Origin: a bacterium
GTDB taxonomy: Bacteria; Sysuimicrobiota; Sysuimicrobiia; Sysuimicrobiales; Humicultoraceae
DNA length: 39,140 nucleotides
Assembly: GCA_041497675.1 (NCBI GenBank)
Contig: JBGQGY010000020.1
Span: 1-39,140, forward strand
Reading direction: 5' to 3'
Below the pieces are notes generated by a model, which worked only from the letters and a program-made list of their open reading frames with translations, was not told the origin of the DNA and did not search any database. Positions 9,511-23,136 of the stretch are shown piece by piece (position 1 is the first letter of the stretch; each line of letters starts with the position of its first letter). The position numbers and the translations under genes were made by a program.

Positions 9511-10776
9511 ATGAGCATTTCCGCGGCAGAGCAGAGAGTGCTGCAGGAGATCGAACGCGGAGAGGGCCAGATCATCGAGGACCTCAAGGAACTCGTCCGC
9601 GTCCCCAGCGTCGTGGGCCACGAAGGTCCTTGCCAGGATCTCATGCGGCGCAAGCTCACCGAGCTGGGCATGACGGTCACGGTGTTTGAAACTCGGCTGG
9701 ACGACGTGCGAGCACACCACGCCTACGTCACCGTCCCGTGGCCGTATGCCGGTCGACCGAATGTCGTCGGGCGCCTCAAGGGAAGCGGCGGTGGAAAGTC
9801 GTTGGCGCTCAACGGGCATGTGGATGTGGTGTCCGCTGAGCCCGTCGACGCCTGGACGGTGGATCCGTGGGGCGGGATCGAGCGTGACGGGCGCATCTAT
9901 GGCCGCGGGGCGCTCGACATGAAGTCGGGGCTCGCCGCCATCCTGGGGACCGTGCGGGCGATTCGCGACGCCGGCATCACGCTGCGGGGAGACCTGACGG
10001 TCCAAAGCGTCATCGAAGAGGAAGCCGGCGGTGGGGGCGGGACGCTGGCTTGCTTGCTCAAGGGGCACACCGCCGACGGGCTGATGATCCCGGAACCCGG
10101 CGGGCTGTCCATCGCCCATGCCGGTGTCCTGTATTTCCGCGTGCGCGTCACGGGCAAGACGGCCCACGCGGGTCTGGCGCACACAGGGGTGAACGCGGTC
10201 GGCAAGATGAATGTGGTGTATGACGCGCTCATCGCACTCGACAAGAAGCGGGCGACGGAACACACGTACGAGCTCTTCGAGCGCGGTGTGGGCCGCTCGT
10301 GCCACCTCAACATCGGCACGTACCATGCAGGCGACTGGCCCTCGACGGTGGCCGGGATGGCCGTGATGGAGTGCCGTATTTCATTTGTTCCCGGTGAGCG
10401 GATGGAGGACGTGCGGGGCGAGGTCGAACGCACGGTCGCCACCGCAGCCTCTCGTGATCCCTGGTTGGCCGACCATCAGCCCGTGGTCGAGTGGTTTGGC
10501 TGGCACGGCGAAGCGTGGACGCAGGACGAGCATCACCCGCTCGTCCAGACGGCCAAGGCGTCGGTGGAGGCCGTCACCGGCAGTGCCGCGCCCCTGTACG
10601 GCAAGGCCGCAGGAATGGACACACGGTTCGCAATGTACTTCAACATGCCGGCGCTGTCCTACGGGCCGTGGGGGGAGAACTCGCACGGGCTCGACGAGTG
10701 GGTGGACAACAGCACCGTCGTGCGATGCGCAAAGGTCATGGCCCTGACGACATTGAGATGGTGCGACGCAACTTGA
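9511..10776 (+). CDS. M20 family ArgE/DapE-like deacylase
   Basis: LNGHVDVV, GRGALDMKSG, EEE, EP and terminal HGLDE metal-ligand motifs. Confidence 0.9.
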   Translation: MSISAAEQRVLQEIERGEGQIIEDLKELVRVPSVVGHEGPCQDLMRRKLTELGMTVTVFETRLDDVRAHHAYVTVPWPYAGRPNVVGRLKGSGGGKSLALNGHVDVVSAEPVDAWTVDPWGGIERDGRIYGRGALDMKSGLAAILGTVRAIRDAGITLRGDLTVQSVIEEEAGGGGGTLACLLKGHTADGLMIPEPGGLSIAHAGVLYFRVRVTGKTAHAGLAHTGVNAVGKMNVVYDALIALDKKRATEHTYELFERGVGRSCHLNIGTYHAGDWPSTVAGMAVMECRISFVPGERMEDVRGEVERTVATAASRDPWLADHQPVVEWFGWHGEAWTQDEHHPLVQTAKASVEAVTGSAAPLYGKAAGMDTRFAMYFNMPALSYGPWGENSHGLDEWVDNSTVVRCAKVMALTTLRWCDAT

Positions 10777-10813
10777 GGGGTCGAAGAAGGTCCATCAGAC
10801 GGAGGGAATAATA

Positions 10814-12397
10814 ATGAAGCGGCGCAGCCTGCGAGTATTGGCCCTCTCGACCGTTCTGGCCCTGGTGATGATCGTGTTTGCCGGAACGCCGGCGAGGGTG
10901 GCGGCCCAGCGCGAGAGCGTCCTTGGGATCGCCATTCAGGATGAGCCCGCCGGGTTGGATCCCCAGCGGATTATCCAGCTCACCGCGCACCAGACGATGC
11001 TCCACATCTACCAGCGGCTGGTGTACATCGACGACAAGCAGCAACCACAGCCGTATCTGGCGGAATCGTGGCAGGTTCAGGACGGCGGTCGGATCATCAC
11101 ATTTAGAATCCGGCGCGGTCACCGGTTCCACGATGGGACGCCGGTGGATGCCCGGGCGGTCGCCTTCACGTTCAATCGCGTCCTCGATCCGGCGACGCGA
11201 TCGCCTCATCGCGGATCGCTCGGGCCCGTCCGGGCGATCGAAGCCCTTGATGAGACCACCGTGCGGTTCACGTTCGACCGGCCGTTCGCCCCGATCCTGA
11301 CCAACCTGTCGCTGGCCTACATGGGCATTGTCTCGCCGACCGCCGTCCAGCGCCTGGGGGATGGCTTTTCGCGCAACCCGGTCGGATCGGGCCCGTTCAA
11401 GTTCGATCGCTGGGTACCCGGCAGCGAGATTCACATGGTGCGCAATGAGAACTACATCCCGACCCGCGCCGATGTGAAGATCAAGGGGCCGGTGGCAATC
11501 GACCGCCTGCTCTTCCGGATCGTGGCCGAGGAGGGGGCCCGGGTCGCCGCCCTGGAGACCGGGGCGCTCCAGCTTGGCGACGCGCCGCTCGAGGACGTCT
11601 TCCGGATGCAGAAGGACAAGCGATTCAACATCGTCATCAACAAAAACGTGACCAACCTGTCGATGATCGAAATGAACCCGAAGCTGCCGCCGACGAACGA
11701 TCTCCGAGTGCGGCAGGCCATCGCCTACGCGGTCAACGTCCGCGACATCGCCGGCGCGGCGTACTCGGGGCTCGCCACGCCCAACCCCGGTCTCATCCCT
11801 CCGGCGCACCTGGGCTATGATCCGAAGCTCGGTGAAAAGTACGGCTACTCGTACAACCCCGCCAAGGTGCGCGAACTGTTGACGGCCGCGGGCTATACGC
11901 GCCAGGGCGCGGGGCTCTGGGAGAAAGATGGGAAGCCTCTCACGATCGTGTTCTGGACCTATTCGCTGCCAAACGGTCTGAAGGGCGGCACCGTCATCCA
12001 ATCCTATCTCCGTCGGGCCGGGTTCGACGTGAAGATGGAAGTGTTCGAGGTGGCCACGGTCCTGGCCCGGCTGCCGGAGGGCCGGCACAACATCAACTTC
12101 ATGTGGTGGGCGTGGCCCGATCCCATTATGCTCTCCCTGGTTTTCAAGTGCCCGGGATGGAAGAACGGCTACTGCAGCCCCGAACTGGACAAGCTGCTCA
12201 CCAGGGCCGACGAGGAGCTCGACGTCAACAAGCGCCGTACGGCCATCCAGGAGGCGGCGGCGTTCCTGCTCAAAGACGCGGGCGTCATCCCGATCTGCTA
12301 CAACTGGGGCGTGTTTCTCACGCGTTCCGACACCGAAGGCATCCGCGTGGACGGCGCCGGCTTCCTGGTTTTGGAGGACGCCCGCCTCAAACGGTAG
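10814..12397 (+). CDS. Peptide/nickel ABC transporter substrate-binding protein (SBP family 5)
   Basis: Signal peptide; PYLAESW, FHDGTP, PVGSGPFKF, VRQAIAYA; SD GGAGG. Confidence 0.93.
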   Translation: MKRRSLRVLALSTVLALVMIVFAGTPARVAAQRESVLGIAIQDEPAGLDPQRIIQLTAHQTMLHIYQRLVYIDDKQQPQPYLAESWQVQDGGRIITFRIRRGHRFHDGTPVDARAVAFTFNRVLDPATRSPHRGSLGPVRAIEALDETTVRFTFDRPFAPILTNLSLAYMGIVSPTAVQRLGDGFSRNPVGSGPFKFDRWVPGSEIHMVRNENYIPTRADVKIKGPVAIDRLLFRIVAEEGARVAALETGALQLGDAPLEDVFRMQKDKRFNIVINKNVTNLSMIEMNPKLPPTNDLRVRQAIAYAVNVRDIAGAAYSGLATPNPGLIPPAHLGYDPKLGEKYGYSYNPAKVRELLTAAGYTRQGAGLWEKDGKPLTIVFWTYSLPNGLKGGTVIQSYLRRAGFDVKMEVFEVATVLARLPEGRHNINFMWWAWPDPIMLSLVFKCPGWKNGYCSPELDKLLTRADEELDVNKRRTAIQEAAAFLLKDAGVIPICYNWGVFLTRSDTEGIRVDGAGFLVLEDARLKR

Positions 12398-12435
12398 CGT
12401 GCTCGGCGCCATCGCACACGCCGGCGAACAAATCC

Positions 12436-12469
12436 GAGGCGGGGGGGGACACCGGTCCCGCCCCGCCTC
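12436..12469 (+). terminator. Intergenic GC-rich stem-loop after the SBP gene (mRNA stabiliser or partial terminator)
   Basis: GAGGCGGGGGGGGAC-accg-GTCCCGCCCCGCCTC: 15-bp stem with one mismatch; no U-tract. Confidence 0.55.
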
Positions 12470-12484
12470 ATCCGTGAGGGGACG

Positions 12485-13408
12485 ATGCAGCGGTACGTCG
12501 CGAGACGCCTCCTGTTGATGGTGCCGGTGCTGCTTGGCGTCACCGTGTTCACGTTCCTCATGCGCGTGATGGTGCCCGGTGATCCCATCGAGGTCATGAC
12601 CTTTGGGCAGTTCGCCACCCCGGAGTCCAAGGCCGAGCTCCGGCGCGAATACGGCCTGGACAAGCCGATCCCCGAACAGTACGGGATCTACATGGTCCGC
12701 CTGCTCCACGGTGACCTTGGTAAATCGATCCGGACCCGTCAGCCGGTGACCTGGGAACTGGCGGTGCTGTACCCGCGCACGCTGCGGCTGGCGCTCACCT
12801 CGATGGCCGTCGCGCTCGTCTTGGGGGTGACGCTGGGTATTCTGGCTGCCGTCAAACGCGACTCTTGGCTCGATCTGGGCGCCATGCTCCTGGCCACCCT
12901 GGGCGTCTCGGTGCCGTCGTTCTGGTTGGGGCTCGTGCTCATCCGCACGTTCGGCGTACGGCTCGGCGTTCTGCCGGTGATGGGATCGGAAACGTGGGCG
13001 CATCTCGTGTTGCCGTCGGCGACGCTCGGGTTGATCTTCTCAGCGATTCTCGCGCGGCTCACGCGCTCAAACATGATCGAGGTGCTCGGGCAAGACTACA
13101 TCCGCACCGCGCGGGCCAAAGGGTTGCGGCAACGCATCGTCATTTGGCGGCATGCGCTCACGAACGCCGCCATTCCCGTGCTGACGGTAGCCGGGCTGCA
13201 GTTTGGGTTCCTGCTGGGGGGCGCCGTGATCGTCGAGACGGTGTTTTCCTATCACGGCGTCGGTGAGCTGGCGATCAAGTCGATTTTGTTTCGCGACTTC
13301 CCCTTGATTCAGGGCATTACCCTGGTCGTCGCCATGACGACCGTCGGTGTCAATCTCGCCGTCGACCTGCTCTATGGGCTGCTCAATCCGCAGGTCCGAT
13401 ATGAGTAG
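12485..13408 (+). CDS. Peptide ABC transporter permease (DppB/OppB-like)
   Basis: PGDP, GDLGKS, PSFWLG, DYIRTARAKGL, VETVF. Confidence 0.93.
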   Translation: MQRYVARRLLLMVPVLLGVTVFTFLMRVMVPGDPIEVMTFGQFATPESKAELRREYGLDKPIPEQYGIYMVRLLHGDLGKSIRTRQPVTWELAVLYPRTLRLALTSMAVALVLGVTLGILAAVKRDSWLDLGAMLLATLGVSVPSFWLGLVLIRTFGVRLGVLPVMGSETWAHLVLPSATLGLIFSAILARLTRSNMIEVLGQDYIRTARAKGLRQRIVIWRHALTNAAIPVLTVAGLQFGFLLGGAVIVETVFSYHGVGELAIKSILFRDFPLIQGITLVVAMTTVGVNLAVDLLYGLLNPQVRYE

Positions 13409-14252
13409 TGGCACGATGCCCTCGGTGAGCGTCCGGACCCGTTTGTTCCGTCATCGGAGCTTTCGCGCCACCGCCGGTGTCGTGGCAATCCTGCTCGTGC
13501 TGGCCGTGATTGGGCCTCTGCTGGCGCCGGCCGACCTCTTCGACATCGACGTCGGCAACCGCCTCCAGCCGCCCGGACGCGGGCATCGGCTCGGGACGGA
13601 CGAGTTCGGGCGCGACATCTTGGTGCGGTTGATCCATGGCACACGTATCAGCCTGGCCGTCGGCGCCATCTCGGTGAGCATCGCCTTGGGAATCGGCGGC
13701 ATGATCGGGCTGGTGGGTGCGTATGCGGGCGGCGTGGCCGATCTCGCCACTGTGGCGCTCGTCGACATGCTGCTGGCGTTCCCAACGCTGCTCCTGGCGC
13801 TGGCGGTCGTGGCCGCGCTGGGCCCGAGCCTCGAGCACACGATGCTCGCCGTGGGGGTCAGTGGCGTGCCGGGCTTCGCCCGCCTGACTCGCTCGATGGT
13901 GCTCGTCACCAAGCAGCAGGGATATGTCGAAGCGGCCCGCGCGAGCGGCGCCGGCCACGCCAGGATGCTGCGGCGGCACATCCTCCCCAACATCGTGGCA
14001 TCGATTATCGTGCTGGCGACACTCGCGTTCCCGGCGGCGATCCTGAGTACCGCGGCCCTCGGGTTCGTCGGTCTCGGCGCCCAGCCGCCGACTCCCGAAT
14101 GGGGGACGATGCTGTCGGGCGCGCGCACCTATATGCTCCGCGCGCCCTGGTTGGTGAACTTCCCGGGCCTCGCCATCGTGATCACCATGCTGACCTTCAA
14201 CCTGTTGGGGAACGCGTTGCGGGACGTGTTGGACCCGCGGTTGAGGACCTGA
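13401..14252 (+). CDS. Peptide ABC transporter permease (DppC/OppC-like)
   Basis: HRLGTDEFGRD, YVEAARASG, HILPN, QPPTPEWG, LRDVLDP; ATG 13401 overlaps the previous stop. Confidence 0.92.
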   Translation: MSSGTMPSVSVRTRLFRHRSFRATAGVVAILLVLAVIGPLLAPADLFDIDVGNRLQPPGRGHRLGTDEFGRDILVRLIHGTRISLAVGAISVSIALGIGGMIGLVGAYAGGVADLATVALVDMLLAFPTLLLALAVVAALGPSLEHTMLAVGVSGVPGFARLTRSMVLVTKQQGYVEAARASGAGHARMLRRHILPNIVASIIVLATLAFPAAILSTAALGFVGLGAQPPTPEWGTMLSGARTYMLRAPWLVNFPGLAIVITMLTFNLLGNALRDVLDPRLRT

Positions 14253-14270
14253 CCTGAGGGGGCGAGAACA

Positions 14271-15215
14271 GTGCTCACCGACATCCCAGGTATTCGGGTC
14301 GGCCACGTCACGCATCTCGACAGCGCGACCGGGTGCACCGCCGTTCTCTGCCCTTCCGGGACCCTCGTCGCCGGCGAAACGCGAGGCGGATGGCCGGCGC
14401 TGCGAGAGGAAGGCATGATGAGTCCGTTCCACACCAGCCCGTACGTGGACGCCGTCGTCCTGGCCGGCGGCAGTATCTTCGGGCTGGCGGCGGCCGATGG
14501 CGCGGTCGGCTGGCTCGAAGAGCATAGAGGACGCGATGGGATCAACGACTACGTCCCCCAGGTATGCTCAGCGGTCATCTACGATTTGCGCGTGGGCACT
14601 TCGAAGAAACGCCCACGCGCCGAAGACGGCTACGCGGCCTGCCAGGCGGCCGCACCGGGGCCGTATGCCCTCGGCTCTGTCGGCGCCGGGACGGGCGCGA
14701 CTGTGGGGAAGTGGTATGAGCGCCGCGGCGTGATGAAGGGCGGCGTGGGATCGGCGAGCCTCAAGCCGGCGAGCGGGGTGGTGATTGCCGCGCTCGCGGT
14801 CGTGAACGCCATTGGCGACGTCTATGATCGCGACGGCGCGATCCTCGCCGGCGTACGCAGGCTCGTAGCCGACGCGCCCACGTTTCTCGACCACTCCGTT
14901 CACCTCCTCGAGCATCCCGACGCCGCCAGGATGTCGCGGGGCACAACGCTGGTGGTCGCCGCGACCAACGCTCGGTTGAACAAAGGTGAGCTCGGTATCT
15001 TTGCGAGGATGGCGCAGGCCGGCGTCCCGCGAGCCGTGAATCCCGTCTACATGGCTGGGGACGGCGACACGCTGTTCGCGCTCGCCACGGGAGAGGTGGA
15101 CGCTCCGCTCGCGGTCATTGGCCCGCTGGCCGCCGAGGTGGTTGCGGACAGCATCCGAAGCGGCGTGCGTGAGGCATCCGATCTGGCCGGCTATCGCGCG
15201 CTTCGAGACCTGTGA
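14271..15215 (+). CDS. P1/S58 (DmpA-like) self-processing amidohydrolase
   Basis: LTDIPGIRVGH, TGCTAV, LAGGSIFGL, GSVGAGTGA, KGGVGSAS, VNAIGD, TTLVVAATNA, DGDTLFA. Confidence 0.9.
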   Translation: MLTDIPGIRVGHVTHLDSATGCTAVLCPSGTLVAGETRGGWPALREEGMMSPFHTSPYVDAVVLAGGSIFGLAAADGAVGWLEEHRGRDGINDYVPQVCSAVIYDLRVGTSKKRPRAEDGYAACQAAAPGPYALGSVGAGTGATVGKWYERRGVMKGGVGSASLKPASGVVIAALAVVNAIGDVYDRDGAILAGVRRLVADAPTFLDHSVHLLEHPDAARMSRGTTLVVAATNARLNKGELGIFARMAQAGVPRAVNPVYMAGDGDTLFALATGEVDAPLAVIGPLAAEVVADSIRSGVREASDLAGYRALRDL

Positions 15216-15225
15216 GGAAGCCTGA

Positions 15226-16218
15226 TCAACCCCGCCAGCCCTGAAGCACCCTGATGTAGTTTGCCCGTTCGAACGCCCCCGGGTTCGGTGAGCGCGCGAG
15301 ATTCATACTGCCCCGCATTTGCGCGATCGACTCGTACTCGTGTTCCTCCATCCATTGTCTGAGGTCGTTCAAAACGACTTTCAGATGGCCGGGTCCTCTA
15401 TGAAGCAGGCCCGAGACCATCTGCACCGCACTTGCGCCGGCCATGATGGCTTTGACGGCGTCCGTTGCCGTGTGCACGCCGCCGGTAATGGCCAGATCCG
15501 CCCGCACCTGGCACGACAGCACAGCCAGCCAGCGTAAGCGAAGGAGTAGTTCCGAGCTCGTCGACAGATCAACCCGCGGGACAACCTCGAGGTTTTCGAC
15601 GTCGATGTCGGGCTGGTAGAACCGGTTAAAGAGTACCAGCCCGTCCGCGCCGGCGGCGTCCAACGCCGCCGCGAAGTGGCCAAGGGAGGAGAAGAACGGT
15701 GAGAGTTTCACTGCGACCGGGATGGTGACAGCGTGCTTGACGGCCACGAGGATGTCGAGCGTCCGCTGCTCGACCGCTGCGCCGGGTTCCTGTGGGTCAG
15801 TGGCTAGGTAGTAGATGTTGAGCTCGAGGGCGTCCGCACCCGCGTCCTGGATCCGCCGCGCGTATTCCACCCATCCTCCCATGGTCGTGCCGTTGAGCGA
15901 CGCGATCACCGGCACTGCCACTGCCGCCCTAATGCGCTCGATGTGCGCCAGGTACTGACCCGGCCCCAGTGCGTACTCGCCTGGGCGTGGGAGGTATGTC
16001 AACGCTTCTGCAAACGACTCGGCGTGTGGCTCCGTATGGCTGAACGTCGCGAGCTGATCCTGGATGATCTGTTCCTCAAACAACGAGTGCATGACAATGG
16101 CCGCCGCCCCCGCCTCCTCCAGGCGCCTGACGGTATCCAGGTCGTCCACCAGCGGCGACGCACCCGGCATAAGCGGATGGGGCAACCGAAGTCCGAGGTA
16201 GGTGGTCGACAGGTCCAT
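15226..16218 (-). CDS. Dihydroorotate dehydrogenase-like flavoprotein (PFOR-associated)
   Basis: MDLSTTYLGL, SLFEEQI, ADALELN, VKLSPF, LFNRFYQPD, FERANY. It lacks the catalytic SCPN/SSPN loop and lies directly downstream of nifJ. Confidence 0.88.
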   Translation of the reverse strand: MDLSTTYLGLRLPHPLMPGASPLVDDLDTVRRLEEAGAAAIVMHSLFEEQIIQDQLATFSHTEPHAESFAEALTYLPRPGEYALGPGQYLAHIERIRAAVAVPVIASLNGTTMGGWVEYARRIQDAGADALELNIYYLATDPQEPGAAVEQRTLDILVAVKHAVTIPVAVKLSPFFSSLGHFAAALDAAGADGLVLFNRFYQPDIDVENLEVVPRVDLSTSSELLLRLRWLAVLSCQVRADLAITGGVHTATDAVKAIMAGASAVQMVSGLLHRGPGHLKVVLNDLRQWMEEHEYESIAQMRGSMNLARSPNPGAFERANYIRVLQGWRG

Positions 16219-16229
16219 GGGCGGCCCCC

Positions 16230-19847
<3,618 letters not shown>

Positions 19848-19853
19848 GGCCCT

Positions 19854-19859
19854 AACGTA
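19854..19859 (-). promoter_or_regulatory. Possible -10 element (TACGTT) of a leaderless nifJ transcript
   Basis: Minus strand reads TACGTT-agggcc-ATG: 6-nt spacer, no well-placed SD. Confidence 0.35.
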
Positions 19860-19941
19860 TGTCGGCGCCAGGTCCAGGAATATCGGGTAGAGACCCGATT
19901 GGGCGTCGGGTCAGGAGCCGATCGGCGGATCGTGGGATAGA

Positions 19942-21018
19942 CTAACGGATGTCGGAACCGACGGCGTCGCGGACATTCCGCCAACCGTCGCGTTGCAGCA
20001 TCGCGGCCAGGCCGCGACAGAGGCGCCCGGCCATCGCGACACCTTCAAAGACAAACCCCGTGTAGACCTGCACCAGGGACGCGCCGGCGCGGATCTTCTC
20101 GTATGCGTCTGCGGCGGTGAACACACCGCCGACACCGACGACCTCCGCGCGCCCCCGCAACCGGCGGTAGAATTCGCGCACCAGCGCCGTCGTCATCGCG
20201 CGGATTGGCGCGCCGGACAAGCCTCCACCTCTAAGGTTTGCCCGGTCAATCAATGGTGACGCCACGGTCGTATTCGCCACGATAACCCCGGCCACACCGT
20301 GGCGGACTACGGCGTCCGCAACCGTGTCCAGGTCCTCAAGGGGGAGCTCCGGAGACACTTTCAGCAGGAACGGCTTCGGCGCGCCCGCACTCCCGGCCGC
20401 CTGTGTCGCGATTTCGCCGCGAAACGCGGAGAGGAGCTCGTGCAAGAGGTCGCTTCGGTGGAGATCGCGCAGACCGGGTGTGTTCGGTGAGCTGATGTTG
20501 ATCACGAAGTAGTCACCGGCCGGATAGAGGACTCGAAGCGCTTCGACGTAGTCACCGGCCCACCGTTGGGGCGGCGTCGCCCGATTCGGCCCGATGTTGA
20601 TGCCCAACGGGCCGCGGCCAACGCGGCGGGCCAACCGCGCGGCCACAGCCCGCGCCCCATGGCTTGGAAAACCCAGCCGGTTGACCACCGCCCGCTCTGC
20701 GACCAGGCGCGCGATGCGCGGACCTTCGTTCCCCGGCTGCGGCATCGGCGTGACCGTGCCGACCTCGACGAACCCAAACCCGAGACTTTCGAGCGCAGCC
20801 ACGGCCCGGCCGTCCTTGTCGAACCCCGCAGCGACCCCAACCGGATTCGGAAAGCGCAGGCCAAAGGCGGTCGTCTCAAGACTCGCGCCGGCAAACGCCA
20901 GCCGTTTACGCAGCACTGCGCAGAGACGCGGCCGGGCGGCGACCATCTCGAGGGTCCGCATCGCCAACGTGTGCGAGGATTCGGGCGGCAGCAGAAACAA
21001 CGGTCGATGCAACGCCAT
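19942..21018 (-). CDS. pyrD: Quinone-dependent (class 2) dihydroorotate dehydrogenase
   Basis: PESSH, NPVGVAAGFDK, GTVTP.PQPGN..PR, NRLGF, NISSPNTPGLR (catalytic Ser), NTT, GGLSG, ASLVQVYT. Confidence 0.92.
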   Translation of the reverse strand: MALHRPLFLLPPESSHTLAMRTLEMVAARPRLCAVLRKRLAFAGASLETTAFGLRFPNPVGVAAGFDKDGRAVAALESLGFGFVEVGTVTPMPQPGNEGPRIARLVAERAVVNRLGFPSHGARAVAARLARRVGRGPLGINIGPNRATPPQRWAGDYVEALRVLYPAGDYFVINISSPNTPGLRDLHRSDLLHELLSAFRGEIATQAAGSAGAPKPFLLKVSPELPLEDLDTVADAVVRHGVAGVIVANTTVASPLIDRANLRGGGLSGAPIRAMTTALVREFYRRLRGRAEVVGVGGVFTAADAYEKIRAGASLVQVYTGFVFEGVAMAGRLCRGLAAMLQRDGWRNVRDAVGSDIR

Positions 21019-22253
21019 CAGGGCGCCGCCTCAACCACGGCCGCGCCCACCTGCGTGGCGCGCTGCGGCTCGGCAACCAGCAGCGCGAGGACAATGGCGA
21101 CCACCAGTGCCGCCGCGATCGCCGCCCACGCGGTCGGGTAGCCGTGATATTCCGCGATCAAACCCACAAGTGGTGGTCCGGCGACACCGCCAAACGATCC
21201 CAGCGTGTACGCGATGCCGGTGGCCGCCGCGGTGGCCTCCGGCACAACGAGCTCAGCGCGTACCAGCTCGATCATGCCAGCATACGCCATCAGTCCGAGC
21301 CCCAACAGCACCGAAACCGACGCCAGCATCCAGCCCGGTGCCGCCTCGGGGAGCACGGCCAGCGCGGCGACGCCGACCATCGATGCCGCGACCGCCGACG
21401 CCAGCGCCGGTCTGCGACGGTTGTCGAAGACATGATCGGCCAGCACCCCCCACAACATCCGGCCGCACACACCGGTCAACTGCAACAGCGCCATGTAGCC
21501 CGCAGCCACGCCGAGGGGGACGCCTCGCCCAACCAGGAACACCATCAGATACGCCAGCATGCTCACCTGAGCGCCCATCATGATCGCCTGGAGCGCCGTC
21601 ATCATCACGATGGGCCGGTGTCGGAGCAGCCCCCACGGCGTCGTTCGTTGCGGGCGGGCCACCGCCGTCGCGGCGCCGTCCCCAGCGCCTTCTGTGTAGA
21701 GGACCCAGGTGACCGCCGCCGACACGAGCGACAGTCCTGCGACGACCACGAAGGCGCCCCGCCACCCCACGATGGCGCTCACCGCCGGCAGGATGAGGGC
21801 GGCCAGCAGGGTGCCAAGCGGTACACCCATCTGTTTGGTATTCATGGCCTGTGCGCGCATGAACATCGGAAACCGGACGACGACCGCGGTGGTCGTCGCG
21901 GGATTTACCGCGGCGAAAAACGCGCTGCTCGCAGCCACGGCCAGCAGCGCCGTCATCGGTCCTGACGCCGCGGCCAGCGCCGCGGTCGTGAGGCCGAACC
22001 CGACCTGGAGGAACACGACCGACCGCCGCAGCCCCAGACGGGTGACCATCGCCGCGGCCGGGATCGATAGGGCGATGAGCCCCGTGAAGCGCGCGCCGGC
22101 CAGCACGCCCACCTGCACCGTCGACAGCCCCAAATCTCGCTGCAAGAGCGGCATGAGCACGCTGAGACCGCCCGAGCCCAGCGACACGGTCAGGTGCGGG
22201 ATCGTAACGGCGGCCAGCAGCGCCAGCCACCCCGCACGCGCCGTGGCACTCAT
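21018..22253 (-). CDS. MFS transporter
   Basis: About 12 hydrophobic segments, KQMGVPLG and GRMLWGVLAD motifs. ATG 22253 is preferred over the track start; TGATG overlap with pyrD. Confidence 0.88.
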   Translation of the reverse strand: MSATARAGWLALLAAVTIPHLTVSLGSGGLSVLMPLLQRDLGLSTVQVGVLAGARFTGLIALSIPAAAMVTRLGLRRSVVFLQVGFGLTTAALAAASGPMTALLAVAASSAFFAAVNPATTTAVVVRFPMFMRAQAMNTKQMGVPLGTLLAALILPAVSAIVGWRGAFVVVAGLSLVSAAVTWVLYTEGAGDGAATAVARPQRTTPWGLLRHRPIVMMTALQAIMMGAQVSMLAYLMVFLVGRGVPLGVAAGYMALLQLTGVCGRMLWGVLADHVFDNRRRPALASAVAASMVGVAALAVLPEAAPGWMLASVSVLLGLGLMAYAGMIELVRAELVVPEATAAATGIAYTLGSFGGVAGPPLVGLIAEYHGYPTAWAAIAAALVVAIVLALLVAEPQRATQVGAAVVEAAP

Positions 22254-22263
22254 CCTATACGCC

Positions 22264-23136
22264 CTAGGAGAATCGCGCGGCCGCGGCGTGAAACGCACGG
22301 CGCACGAACACCTTGATCATCTCCCGCTTGTACTCGGCCGACCCATGCAGATCATCGACCGCGTCGGCGGCGTCCCCGGCGATCCGCGCCGCCGCGTCGA
22401 GGTGCGGGCCGATCTCCGACAGCGCCCGGCCTGTCAACATGGCCTCGGCGTCGCCGACCCGGACCGGCGCGGGTCCCACGCAGCCGACGGCCACGCGCAC
22501 GTCCTCGATGCCGCGACGACCGGCATCCAAGGTGAGCGCGAGCGCGACGCCCAGCGTCGGTCGCTCATGAATCCCAAACTTCATGTAGGCGCCGCGCGTG
22601 TGCGGCCCCCACGGACGCACGCGGATGCGCGTCAGCACCTCGTGAGGTCGCCGCGCCGTCTCGAACGCTCCGGAGAAAAACTGACCGATCGGCACCACCC
22701 GTGTCTCTTCATGCGATGCCAGGTCGATCTCGGCATCGAAGGTCAAAAAGAGCGTCCCAGGATCGGCGTGGGGCTCGGCAAAACACAAGTTCCCGCCGAT
22801 GGTCCCGACGCTGCGTACCCTGAGGTTGGCGACACCGCGCTCGACCTCGGCAACGATCGGAACGTGCCGGCGGATGACCGGGTGCCGCTCGAGCGCGTGG
22901 TGCGTGGCGGTGCCGCCGATCGACAGCCACCCTGTGTCTTCGTCATACGTGATCTGGCTCAACCCTGAAATCGTTTTGAGGTCAATCAGATGACGATACG
23001 CCGCCAAACCTTCTTTCATGATCAGCAGCAGTTCAGTCCCGCCGGCATAGAAGGTGGCCGCGTCGCCGTACCGGTCGACGAGCGCGCTCGCCGTCCTGAC
23101 GTCGTCCGGCTGATGAAGCTCAAAGGGTGGGAGCAT
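22264..23136 (-). CDS. CoxM/XDH-family FAD-binding medium subunit
   Basis: MLPPFELHQP, YAGGTELL, LIDLK, GTIGGNLC.AEP.AD, D..GSAEYK. Start set at ATG 23136, overlapping the coxG-like gene. Confidence 0.92.
   Translation of the reverse strand: MLPPFELHQPDDVRTASALVDRYGDAATFYAGGTELLLIMKEGLAAYRHLIDLKTISGLSQITYDEDTGWLSIGGTATHHALERHPVIRRHVPIVAEVERGVANLRVRSVGTIGGNLCFAEPHADPGTLFLTFDAEIDLASHEETRVVPIGQFFSGAFETARRPHEVLTRIRVRPWGPHTRGAYMKFGIHERPTLGVALALTLDAGRRGIEDVRVAVGCVGPAPVRVGDAEAMLTGRALSEIGPHLDAAARIAGDAADAVDDLHGSAEYKREMIKVFVRRAFHAAAARFS

Noticed and set aside
10736..13003. Long antisense ORFs (this 755-aa one; also 6448-8031, 898-1956, 16875-18248, 34162-35343, 35276-36067)
   Set aside because: They mirror well-supported genes on the opposite strand, have no family motifs, and are expected in high-GC DNA.
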